A stretch of 35,471 nt of DNA from Rickettsiales bacterium. Its GTDB lineage: Bacteria > Pseudomonadota > Alphaproteobacteria > Rickettsiales > UBA3002. The notes beneath the pieces are model-generated. The model did not search any database, was not told the origin of the DNA, and was given only the letters and a program-made list of their open reading frames with translations. Position 1 is the stretch's first letter; each line of letters opens with the position of its first letter. This document shows positions 1 to 8,546 of the stretch, piece after piece. Where the stretch lies: the NCBI GenBank assembly GCA_947441895.1, contig CANEUT010000001.1, positions 1-35,471 of the forward strand, given 5' to 3'. The translations under genes and the position numbers were made by a program.

Positions 1-1275
1 GGCTTTCGCCCGGTCCAGCTCACTGCGGGCCACATCCATATCAAGCGCCTTTTCCCATTTCGCAATAAATAAAGTGGCCACGCCATTGCCAATCAGGTTC
101 GTCACCGAGCGCGCTTCCGCCATAAAACGGTCGATGGCAAAAATTTGCGCCAACGCAATGGTCAGCAATGCGGGTGGCATCAGATTCATGCTGGAAAGTG
201 TGGCGGCCAGCACAATGAAGGCGCTGCCCACCACCGCGGCGGCACCCTTCGACGTAATAATCATAATGCCAAGCAATGCCAGCTGATCGCCCACACTCAT
301 GGGTATATTGGTTGCCTGCGTGATAAAGATAGCGCCCATGGTAAGGTAAACCGCGGTGCCATCCAAATTAAAGGAATAGCCGGTGGGTATCACCAGCCCC
401 GCCACCGACTTTTTGCAGCCAAGTTTCGTCAATTTCTCAATCATTTGCGGCATCACCGTTTCCGAAGAACAAGTGCCCAGCACAATCACAATTTCTTCGC
501 GGATATAGCGCAGGAATGACCATAGCGACAGGCCAATCACCCGCATGATGACGCCCAGCACCACAAACACAAACAGAAGGCATGTCAGGTAAAATCCAAG
601 CATCAGGCTGAGCAACTTAAACAGCGAGCCAATACCATGTTCACCAATGGTGTAGGCCATGGCGCCAAATGCGCCAATGGGCGCCAGCTTCACAATCATA
701 TTCACAATACGGAAGAACATATGCGAAATCTGCTCAATCGCGTGCACAATAGGCTTGCCCGCCTGACCCATGCCCGCCAGCGCAAACGCACATAAAAGCG
801 ACACCAAAAGCACCTGCAAAATGCTGCCCTCCACAAAGGCAGAGGAAAACGTCTTCGGTATAATGCCAAGAATAAATCGGCTGACTGAACTGTCTTTGGC
901 ATTGGCAGTAATAGGCACGGCACCCTGCTCATGAGCAGTAGAACCCAGATTCATACCAACACCAGGCTGTTGAATATTCACCACCGCCAGACCAATCAGC
1001 ATGGCAAAAATGGTCATCACCATGAAGTAGCCAAGCGCTTTGGCGCCGGTGCTGCCCACCTGTTTGGCGCTGTCCGAGCCCGCCACCCCGTGGACAATGG
1101 TACAAAACACCACGGGTCCAATAATCATTTTAATTAAACTGATGAAGCCATCCGAAAGGGGCTTCATTTCCTGCCCCCATTCGGGCATGAAATGGCCCAA
1201 GGCAATGCCACCCACAATTGCCACCAGCACTTGAATATAAATCGACCGATACCAACTTTTTTTGGCAGCCATCAT
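1..1275 (-). CDS. dctA: C4-dicarboxylate/cation symporter (DAACS family, DctA-like); the C-terminal end runs off the window start
   Basis: Absent from the ORF track because it is edge-truncated. My reverse-strand translation from ATG 1275 (or 1272) reads MMAAKKSWYRSIYIQVLVAIVGGIALGHF..MKPLSDGFISLIKMIIGPVVFCTIV..APIGAFGAMAYTIG..LVIPTGYSFNLDGTAVYLT..SKGAAAVVGSAFIVLAATL..IDRFMAEARSVTNLIGNGVAT. It stays open to position 1. These are the classic DctA/GltP motifs. Confidence 0.85.
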   Translation of the reverse strand, partial: MMAAKKSWYRSIYIQVLVAIVGGIALGHFMPEWGQEMKPLSDGFISLIKMIIGPVVFCTIVHGVAGSDSAKQVGSTGAKALGYFMVMTIFAMLIGLAVVNIQQPGVGMNLGSTAHEQGAVPITANAKDSSVSRFILGIIPKTFSSAFVEGSILQVLLVSLLCAFALAGMGQAGKPIVHAIEQISHMFFRIVNMIVKLAPIGAFGAMAYTIGEHGIGSLFKLLSLMLGFYLTCLLFVFVVLGVIMRVIGLSLWSFLRYIREEIVIVLGTCSSETVMPQMIEKLTKLGCKKSVAGLVIPTGYSFNLDGTAVYLTMGAIFITQATNIPMSVGDQLALLGIMIITSKGAAAVVGSAFIVLAATLSSMNLMPPALLTIALAQIFAIDRFMAEARSVTNLIGNGVATLFIAKWEKALDMDVARSELDRAKA

Positions 1276-1334
1276 GTATATGCTTTCATAACAAAGGGGG
1301 CAGAAGACCTTGATTGGACGCTACAAAAAGTGGC

Positions 1335-1799
1335 TTATTTCAGCTCAAACGTGGCATCCACCTCAACGGCCACGCCAAACGGCAAGCCGCTAACACCCAC
1401 TGCAAAGCGGGCATGTTTACCAGCATCACCCATCAGGTTCACCATCAAATCCGAGGCGCCATTGGCAACTTTCGGGTGGTCGGTGAAATCATCCGGCGCG
1501 TTCACGAATACGCCCAGGCGAATCAGCTTGCTGATTTTGCTTAAATCGCCGCCAAGAATTTTGCTGACATGGGCCAGCACGTTAATGGTGCACAATTTGG
1601 CACAATCTTGACCTTGCTCGATGGTGAACTCGCGGCCCACTTTACCAATAAACTGCGGCTTGCCGCCTTCCATGGGCAACTGACCCGACACATATAACGT
1701 TTTACCCGAAATATTACAGGGCACATAATTGGCAGCCGGCAGGCTTACTTCCGGAAGGGTGATGCCCAGTTCTTTGAGTTTGCTTGTAATATCGGTCAT
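1335..1799 (-). CDS. RidA/YjgF-family (endoribonuclease L-PSP-like) protein
   Basis: 154-aa ORF of typical RidA-family size. It carries GKTLYVSGQLP near the N-terminus and ends ..GLPFGVAVEVDATFELK. It sits 60 nt downstream of dctA on the same strand. Confidence 0.75.
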   Translation of the reverse strand: MTDITSKLKELGITLPEVSLPAANYVPCNISGKTLYVSGQLPMEGGKPQFIGKVGREFTIEQGQDCAKLCTINVLAHVSKILGGDLSKISKLIRLGVFVNAPDDFTDHPKVANGASDLMVNLMGDAGKHARFAVGVSGLPFGVAVEVDATFELK

Positions 1800-1895
1800 T
1801 TTTGGCTCCTGATGGTGCGTTTGATTGCCTTCCTAGTAACCTCGGCTGCACATCATGGCAATGGTTTTCTGGAAACGAGGCCAGCAGGACGAACT

Positions 1896-1977
1896 GCGTA
1901 GCGCTTTACGGCGCGAGCCGGAGCGTTAGCGAACGAGGGGGTTTGGGGGCGGTTTCGCCCCCACGCGGCGGTGCCGC
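1896..1977. repeat. Half copy of the window-wide palindromic intergenic repeat family (one arm plus the terminal GGGGGCG-N4-CGCCCCC hairpin)
   Basis: GCGTAGCGCTTTACGGCGCGAGCCGGAGCGTTAGCGAACGAGGGGG..GGGGGCGGTTTCGCCCCCACGCGGCGGTGCCGC is nearly identical to the right arm at 28133-28221. It is the reverse complement of the arms at 10714-10797 and 29248-29342. Confidence 0.85.
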
Positions 1978-2040
1978 AATTAAATATTTGTGGTAAAAAT
2001 GCAGAACAAAAGGTAAAAATAATGACGTTTTAATAAACTT

Positions 2041-2084
2041 TGTCACAAAGCTGTAACAAAACTGTAACAAAACTGTGATAATGG
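2041..2084 (+). promoter_or_regulatory. Four tandem 11-bp direct repeats overlapping a candidate extended -10 (TGTGATAAT, hexamer 2077-2082); putative virB2 promoter/operator
   Basis: The units are TGTCACAAAGC / TGTAACAAAAC / TGTAACAAAAC / TGTGATAATGG, read directly from the sequence with an exact 11-bp register. They lie about 80 nt upstream of the virB2 start in an AT-rich tract. Confidence 0.5.
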
Positions 2085-2164
2085 TTAACGACGGCAATTA
2101 AAGCGCCGCAAACTGGGGATCAACCCCGGCGGTACCAACGACTAAAACAGAGGATGGAGTGATT

Positions 2165-2521
2165 ATGAAGACGATCATGAATACAGAAAAAATGATGAGC
2201 CTAGCATGGTGTATGGTGCTGGCCTATGCAGCCTGCTTAATTCCAATGGATGTGTTAGCTAGCAGTGTTAGTGTGAATATCAATGGCGGCGGTGGCGGTG
2301 ATAGCGCGACCATCGGCGGCTTGCTCTGCCGCGTGGCCGACTGGTTCACCGGCTCGGTTGGTCAAGGTATCGCCACCCTTGCCATTATTGTGATCGGTAT
2401 CGGCGCCTTGATGGGTAAAGTATCGTGGGGTATGGCCATCATCGTGGGTATCGGCGTGGCCGTTATCTTCGGTGCACCAACCATCGTGCAAGAGCTTTCG
2501 GGCAACCAAAGCGGTTGCTAA
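2165..2521 (+). CDS. virB2: VirB2/TrbC-family T4SS pilin subunit
   Basis: The track ORF is 2159..2521 (GTG). ATG 2165 lies 5-6 nt after GGAG (2156-2159). The protein has a signal-like N-terminus, then two hydrophobic helices: GQGIATLAIIVIGIGALMGKVSWGMAIIVGIGVAVIFGA. This is the typical VirB2 layout, and the gene sits first in the virB cluster. Confidence 0.75.
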   Translation: MKTIMNTEKMMSLAWCMVLAYAACLIPMDVLASSVSVNINGGGGGDSATIGGLLCRVADWFTGSVGQGIATLAIIVIGIGALMGKVSWGMAIIVGIGVAVIFGAPTIVQELSGNQSGC

Positions 2522-2539
2522 CGCTGAGTTGAATAAAAT

Positions 2540-2573
2540 GAGGCGCATCTTCACCGTGGGTGGGATGCGCCTC
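2540..2573 (+). terminator. Stem-loop between virB2 and virB4 (possible attenuator or partial terminator)
   Basis: GAGGCGCATC (2540-2549) pairs perfectly with GATGCGCCTC (2564-2573) across a 14-nt loop. The T-tract that follows is weak (TTCCCTA). Confidence 0.35.
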
Positions 2574-2658
2574 TTCCCTATACATAAAAACGAGTGAATA
2601 AATTAGGCAAACGGCGGCTTATTCTATCGCAAATGCGCGAATAAAAACTTAGGTCGGC

Positions 2659-5085
2659 ATGGCTTCCAAACATGATACGCTGAAACAACGCGCTGCCAAC
2701 CCCAAAGGGGGCGCCCCTTCCTTTTTAAACAAATCTGGCAAAAAACCACGTGATTTGGAATCCTTCCGTGATATTTCCGATGATGTCATCGAGTCCGATT
2801 TTCTTCCCTATGCCTGCCTGTTCGACCCCAGCACCATTGCCACCAAAGATGGCGAGCTGCTGCAAATCATAAAAATCACCGGCCTTGGGTTCGACGCCAA
2901 AATACAGGGTGATTTGCGTGCCGCCATTCGCCGCACCATCAAAGAATATATTCCCAATACCGACTATGCCATTTGGCTGACCACCTTGCGCCGCAAGCAA
3001 GTGCTAACGGGGCACGCCCATTTCGCCGATAAATTCTCGGGCCAGCTCGACGAAGCATGGCGTGCCAGCCACCCTATTTCGGCATCCTACGTCAATGAGC
3101 TTTACATCACCCTGGTAAAAGCGGGTGATGCCTCCAGCTTACGCAGTCTGAAAACCATCGCCCAAAGCCTTTGGCCACCGCGTGACACGGCCATTCGTCA
3201 ACAACAACTGGCCACCGCACTGGGTGAGCTTTGCGCCACCAGCGCAAACCTGCTCGCGCAATGGAAGCCCTTTGGCGCACGCATGCTAACAACCGTTGAG
3301 CGCGACGGCATTTTTTATGGTGAGCATATCGAGTTTCTGGAGAAGCTGATTAACCTTGAAGAGCGCCCCATGGCGCTGCCGCTGCGCGATTTATCGCAAG
3401 TGCTGACCTCGGGCGAAATCACCTTCGGTCATAATGCCATGGAGGTGCGCACCGCCGATGGTCATCGCCGCTTTGCTGCCATCCTCAGCCTAAAGGAATA
3501 TAAAGAATCAACACTGGCAGGCATCGACCAGTTTTTGGAAATTCCCTGCGAGCTGATTGTCAGCCAGTGCTTTGATTTTATTGGCGCCAAACAAGCCCGT
3601 GAATCCTACGAGAAACAGGCGCGCTATCTGGGCATGAGTGGTGATAAAGAACTCGCCAAATGGATGGAAATCGACCGGCTGATGCAAGATCACACCGCTA
3701 CCGAAAAAGCCTTCGGCCAGCAGCAAACCAGCATTTTTCTCATTGGCCCCACCCTCGCCCAGGTCGAGGGCAATGTAAAAATGGTGCAACGATCATTGTC
3801 GCGCCTTGGCATGGTAGTGGTGCGCGAAGATTTGCGGTTCGAGGAATGTTACTGGGCGCAGCTGCCGGCCAATTTCAGCTTTATTGCCCGCAACAAATCC
3901 ATCGATACCGACCATCTGGCAGGCTTTGCCAATTTACAGGCCGCCCCCATGGGCAATGCCGCAGGCTCCCCTTGGGGGCCGCCCGTCAGCTTGTTTACCA
4001 CCTTGCAAGATGCGCCGTATTTTTTCAATTTCCACAGCAACGGGGCACCCAATCAAGGTGCCCACAATATTATTTTAGGCCGCCCAAACACGGGACGTAC
4101 CACCCTCACCCATTTTCTGTTGGCCCAAGCCCGCAAGCTTCCCGTTTCCATCTGGTATGTCGATGCACACGGGCGATCCGCCCCCGCCATCAGCGCCATG
4201 GGCGGCACCACCGTCACTCCTGGCAGCGCCAGTTGTAAACTCAACCCCTTTCATTTACCCGAAACACCTGCCAACCGTGATTTTCTGGCGCTATGGGTTT
4301 CCACCCTCATCGATCCATACGGGGCACAACTGACCCAAAGCTCGTTTGCCTTTTTCCAATCACTCATCGACCAAATGCTGGCTTTGCCACGCGCCGCGCG
4401 GCGGCTTTCAGCCCTGCTACCCATCGTGCGCGAGGCCGACGGCGTGCTGGCAAACAGTCTGCAGCGTTTTTGTGCCGGTGGGCAATATGGCGAATTATTC
4501 GACATGCCCGAAGACCAATTCAAACCCGCGCCGCTTATCAGCTGGGACATCAGCCGCTGGATGAATGACCCCAATGCCAGCATTCCCCTTGCTGGATATG
4601 TGCTGCACCGACTCACCGGTGCGCTAGACGGCAAGCCAACCCTCATCGTGCTGGATGAAGGCTTCCGCTTGCTTAACACGCCACTTTTTGCACCCCGCGC
4701 CGCCAATTGGCTCGACTATCTTACCCAGAATAATGCGGCGGCCATGCTCACCACCGATGCTATTGTCGATAGCGGATCCACCATGTTCAGTGCCGCAGTC
4801 AGCGCCCGCGCCGCCACTATTTTTGCCATGCCCGATAGCAACATTGAGTCGGAATATATGACGGGTTTTGGCCTCACCGATACCGAAGTCTCTTCACTTA
4901 ACTACATCGATGCAAGGCAACGCCAGGTCTTCATGAAACGTGGAAGCGAAGGGTTGGTGCTGAAAATGAATTTGGCCGGACTGAATGCCACCACCCTTGC
5001 CACACTTAGTGGCCGCCCCGCAAAACCCTCGCCCACCGCCGCCGACACACTGGCCGCCCTCATGAGCGGAAAGGCGATCGCATGA
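2659..5085 (+). CDS. virB4: VirB4-family T4SS ATPase with an atypical Walker A
   Basis: 808 aa. The N-terminus has the usual FLPYACLFD..TKDGELLQIIKITG. A P-loop-like GRPNTGRTT lies at aa 474-482 and a Walker B-like PTLIVLDEGF follows. The size and the position between virB2 and virB6 both fit. Confidence 0.9.
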   Translation: MASKHDTLKQRAANPKGGAPSFLNKSGKKPRDLESFRDISDDVIESDFLPYACLFDPSTIATKDGELLQIIKITGLGFDAKIQGDLRAAIRRTIKEYIPNTDYAIWLTTLRRKQVLTGHAHFADKFSGQLDEAWRASHPISASYVNELYITLVKAGDASSLRSLKTIAQSLWPPRDTAIRQQQLATALGELCATSANLLAQWKPFGARMLTTVERDGIFYGEHIEFLEKLINLEERPMALPLRDLSQVLTSGEITFGHNAMEVRTADGHRRFAAILSLKEYKESTLAGIDQFLEIPCELIVSQCFDFIGAKQARESYEKQARYLGMSGDKELAKWMEIDRLMQDHTATEKAFGQQQTSIFLIGPTLAQVEGNVKMVQRSLSRLGMVVVREDLRFEECYWAQLPANFSFIARNKSIDTDHLAGFANLQAAPMGNAAGSPWGPPVSLFTTLQDAPYFFNFHSNGAPNQGAHNIILGRPNTGRTTLTHFLLAQARKLPVSIWYVDAHGRSAPAISAMGGTTVTPGSASCKLNPFHLPETPANRDFLALWVSTLIDPYGAQLTQSSFAFFQSLIDQMLALPRAARRLSALLPIVREADGVLANSLQRFCAGGQYGELFDMPEDQFKPAPLISWDISRWMNDPNASIPLAGYVLHRLTGALDGKPTLIVLDEGFRLLNTPLFAPRAANWLDYLTQNNAAAMLTTDAIVDSGSTMFSAAVSARAATIFAMPDSNIESEYMTGFGLTDTEVSSLNYIDARQRQVFMKRGSEGLVLKMNLAGLNATTLATLSGRPAKPSPTAADTLAALMSGKAIA

Positions 5086-6848
5086 CAGATCTGCGCACGG
5101 TGGACATCACTCGCATTCTTTTTGTCGCTTTTTTAGCGGCAGTTGGTGTGTGGCTTACGGCAGATATGGCCTTCGCAGAAGCTGGTGGGGCTGTCGCAGG
5201 TCCGGTTGGATCGGCTGGCAACTTCAGTTGCAGCGGCAGCAGCGCCACGGGCCATCTCTACAGTTCGGGTGTCAGCTGCCCCGCCACCATTACCAAAAAC
5301 AATATTTTCACCTTCCTCATCTGCAACATGGAGCAGCTTTCCAGCAATCTCATGGGGCAAATGTTCTGCGGCATGATTCATGATTTAACCCCCGCCGTCA
5401 TGAGTGTGCTGGTGCTTTCTGTGCTGTTTTTCGGCATCTCATTCACCATCGGCATTGTGCCCATGCAGGCCAAAGAGTTTATGGTTTATCTGCTGAAATT
5501 CGCCTGCGTGTTTGTTTTCGCCACCAAGGCTGATTATTTAGTTAATTTCGGTTACAAAATTCTCATTACCGGCGTGCGTGATGGGGTGGCCACCGCCGTC
5601 AGCGCCCTTTATCCCAACCCATTGGCCAGCGCCAATGCCGCCGCGGTGGTCGCCGCTGGTAATGGCGCCGAAATGTATGGCTATCTTGATAAATTTCTGG
5701 GCAAGGCCATGTCATTCGCCACCGACTATGTGGGCGTTCCCAAAGACGGCACCCGCGACGGCGAATTGTGCAAAAATGCCGTGTTTGCCGGACTGGCCAT
5801 TATGGCGATTGTCTTCCCGCCCATTTTTTATATCGCCATTATGATTCTTTTTAAGGTGGCCCTCACCTTTTTGCGCGCCATTTTTGGCTATGTTTATGCG
5901 CTGGTGGGCATTGCCTTCTTGCTGACGCTCGCACCGTTTTTTCTGTCGTTCTACCTGTTCAGATCCACCCGCCCCTTCTTCGAGAAATGGATTGGGTATC
6001 TCATTTCAATGACCCTGCAAATGGTCATCGTCTTTGCCTTCCTTGCCTTCATTCTCACCATCGACGTGAAACATATTTCCGACAGCTTGCCCAACATTAT
6101 TATGTACAATGACGACAGCAAACCCGAAACCACATCGTTCCGTTTCCCATGGGAATATTGCACCTTGTGTAAATTTACAGTGGTCGACAGAAACCCCGAT
6201 GGCACCGCAAGCAACACACCCTTCAGCGGCAACTCGGCCGAGCTTATCAGCAAAGGCATGATGGTCTGCGTGCTGGAAAACGGCAAAAAAGTACCTATTG
6301 GCCCAGGCGATGGATTATCGCCGGTAGGGAAAAAAGGCCCAGACGGTAAAGTCATCTTAAAAGACCCTACGAAGCCCGAATCACCGACCAACCCGCCAGC
6401 CTCTTACGAAATGCCAAGTAGTGAGGCCATGGACAATCTGTTTAGCTTCGCCACCAAAGGGTTATTGTCGTTGTTTGTGCTGGCATTTTTGGTGGATGCC
6501 TTGCTCAGTTACACGGCATCGCTTGCTCAAATGCTATCCAGTGCCGGCGCCATGTACACGCCGCAACTGGGCGGCGGCTATGCGCGCTATCCGGTGGCAG
6601 ATGTACCCGGCTCCACCCTTATTGAGAACGCAGGTGAGCAATTCAGGGAAGGCTATCAGATGGGGTCGAATACCATCGAAGCCACCTCACAAGGCCTCAA
6701 AGACAGTTTCGAGGGCATGGTAATGGGAACCCGAACAAGGACCGATGCTCAGGGCAACGTAACAACAACTCCCGTTGAAGGTGGCGGCATCACCGGCTCC
6801 TTTGCTGCATGGCTCAGCAACCCCAACCGCGATTATAGCGGCCACTAA
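5082..6848 (+). CDS. virB6: VirB6/TrbL-family polytopic inner-membrane T4SS component (extended form)
   Basis: 588 aa. Its ATGA overlaps the virB4 stop. There are multiple hydrophobic helices between about aa 100 and 330, then a hydrophilic insert, one more TM segment (GLLSLFVLAFLVDALLSYTASLA) and a hydrophilic tail. The call rests on position and topology rather than on a sharp motif. Confidence 0.7.
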   Translation: MTDLRTVDITRILFVAFLAAVGVWLTADMAFAEAGGAVAGPVGSAGNFSCSGSSATGHLYSSGVSCPATITKNNIFTFLICNMEQLSSNLMGQMFCGMIHDLTPAVMSVLVLSVLFFGISFTIGIVPMQAKEFMVYLLKFACVFVFATKADYLVNFGYKILITGVRDGVATAVSALYPNPLASANAAAVVAAGNGAEMYGYLDKFLGKAMSFATDYVGVPKDGTRDGELCKNAVFAGLAIMAIVFPPIFYIAIMILFKVALTFLRAIFGYVYALVGIAFLLTLAPFFLSFYLFRSTRPFFEKWIGYLISMTLQMVIVFAFLAFILTIDVKHISDSLPNIIMYNDDSKPETTSFRFPWEYCTLCKFTVVDRNPDGTASNTPFSGNSAELISKGMMVCVLENGKKVPIGPGDGLSPVGKKGPDGKVILKDPTKPESPTNPPASYEMPSSEAMDNLFSFATKGLLSLFVLAFLVDALLSYTASLAQMLSSAGAMYTPQLGGGYARYPVADVPGSTLIENAGEQFREGYQMGSNTIEATSQGLKDSFEGMVMGTRTRTDAQGNVTTTPVEGGGITGSFAAWLSNPNRDYSGH

Positions 6849-6969
6849 TTTTGTTTGCTTCCGGTTGATCTGCTGACATCTGAATAACTCATCCACACTG
6901 CTTGCAATCTGCTAAACCCCAGATATAGTCACACGCTGATCTATTACCCACTACATCACGTGGTATTTA

Positions 6970-7680
6970 TTGGTGTTTAAGCGGTCACAGCACGATGTCT
7001 CGGAAGGTTCCAAACACTGGTATCAAGACCGGTATCAACACGTGCTTACCCAGCGCAACGTATTGGCCCTCATTGCACTGGTGGCCCTGCTTACTGCACT
7101 GGTGTCGGTATTTATTGTCATGCGCATTGCGCCGCTCAAATCGGTCGAACCCTACCTGCTCGAGATCGATGAAAAAACCGGCGTCACCCAACGAGTGAAC
7201 CCCGTCAGCCGCGAAGAATATGCGGCCAGTGAAGCGGTCGACCGCTATTTCACCTCCATGTATCTACGTGTGCGCGAAAGCTATAACTTCAGCATTTTAC
7301 GCTACAACTACAACATTGTGCGGTTGATGAGCACCCCCGACGTTTTCTATAGTTTCCGCCGTCTGGCTGACCCCGCAAACCCCGAAAGCCCGGCCGGACG
7401 ACTTCAAACCACTGGCCAGCGCGATATTAAAATCAAGTCCATCAGCTACATCAGCAATCCGCTTGCGCAAGGCCAGAAGGTCAGTGCAACTGCCTCGAAA
7501 ATTATGCAGGCGCGCATTACCACAACCGACACCTCGCCCAACCAGGCCGACATCATCCAACAATGGGTGGTGACAGTCACATTTGAATATGCAAACCTGA
7601 ACCTGAACGAAGCCGAACAGCTGCTCAACCCCATTGGCTACACCGTCACCTCCTACCAAATTCACCGCGAGATCAACTAA
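6970..7680 (+). CDS. virB8: VirB8-family T4SS protein
   Basis: 236 aa. It begins WYQDRYQHVLTQRN, followed by a single TM (VLALIALVALLTALVSVFIVM) and then an NTF2-like periplasmic part (PYLLEIDEKTGV..YVRVRESYN..). The start is TTG 6970 or GTG 6973; there is no in-frame ATG nearby. Confidence 0.85.
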   Translation: MVFKRSQHDVSEGSKHWYQDRYQHVLTQRNVLALIALVALLTALVSVFIVMRIAPLKSVEPYLLEIDEKTGVTQRVNPVSREEYAASEAVDRYFTSMYLRVRESYNFSILRYNYNIVRLMSTPDVFYSFRRLADPANPESPAGRLQTTGQRDIKIKSISYISNPLAQGQKVSATASKIMQARITTTDTSPNQADIIQQWVVTVTFEYANLNLNEAEQLLNPIGYTVTSYQIHREIN

Positions 7681-8546
7681 TGAAACATCGCACGTTACAT
7701 GGTCACATTCTTCAGCTTTTAGCCGCGCTGGCGCTTCTTTTTTCTGCCTCAGCAACCTTAGCCGGTCAGCCCATAACCACCGATAGCCGCATAAAAACGT
7801 TCGTTTATAATGCCAATGAAGTGTTCAGCATCACCACCCATTATGGCTATCAAAGCAATGTGGAATTTGGTCAGAAAGAATCCATCGAAACCGTATCGGT
7901 GGGTGACCGCGTGGGTTGGCAAATTATTCCGGCGGGGCGCCGCCTGTTCATTCGCGCCATGGAAGAAAATGCGCACACCAATATGACCATCATCACCAAC
8001 CAGCGCTCCTACCAGTTTGATTTGCGCTCCTCCAGTGCCGACGCCGTGTTCGGTAGCGAAGAGCTTACCTATGTGGTACGTTTCTTTTATTCCGATGATG
8101 TATCGAGCGGCGCACCCATGCCAACCACCTATGTCAGCGATGTCAGCCCCATCGCCTCGCAGCAAGGCAGCTATGCCTCGGCACCCGTTTATCCTGTTGC
8201 ATCGGGCGTTATTGCTCCGGCACCCACGCCTCGCAGCGCTGCGCCTGTGACGAATGTGGCAAATGTGGCGCCCGTCTCCAGTGTCAATTACCGCTATACC
8301 TATAGCGGTCCGAACGATATTGCGCCGGTAAAAATCTATGATGATGGCCGCAGCACCTATTTCAAATTCACCGGCAACAGCAATCCACGCGTGGCTGTTA
8401 TTACCGCCCGTGGCGAAACGCTCGATGTTCCGGTTCGCCGTACCAATGACGGGCTGGTCGTGGTCGATGTGGTGGCGCCGCGCTTCAGCATCAACCAGTC
8501 GGGCCGGCAAGTGGTGGTCTATAACGAAGCGGGCGGAGTGCTGTAA
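7680..8546 (+). CDS. virB9: VirB9/CagX-family T4SS outer-membrane core component
   Basis: 288 aa with a signal peptide (..LLFSASATLAG). It contains IKTFVYNANEVFSITTHYGYQSNVEF..VGDRVGWQI..TNMTIITNQRSYQFDL. Its TAATG overlaps the virB8 stop. Confidence 0.9.
   Translation: MKHRTLHGHILQLLAALALLFSASATLAGQPITTDSRIKTFVYNANEVFSITTHYGYQSNVEFGQKESIETVSVGDRVGWQIIPAGRRLFIRAMEENAHTNMTIITNQRSYQFDLRSSSADAVFGSEELTYVVRFFYSDDVSSGAPMPTTYVSDVSPIASQQGSYASAPVYPVASGVIAPAPTPRSAAPVTNVANVAPVSSVNYRYTYSGPNDIAPVKIYDDGRSTYFKFTGNSNPRVAVITARGETLDVPVRRTNDGLVVVDVVAPRFSINQSGRQVVVYNEAGGVL

Noticed and set aside
74-1611. Several plus-strand ORFs of 64-139 aa in the track (74..286, 145..519, 931..1137, 1192..1611 and others)
   Set aside because: They lie antisense to the DctA-like gene or the RidA-like gene, both of which have strong motif support. 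Their translations are His/Arg/Gly/Ala-rich and low-complexity, as expected for shadow frames in GC-rich DNA.
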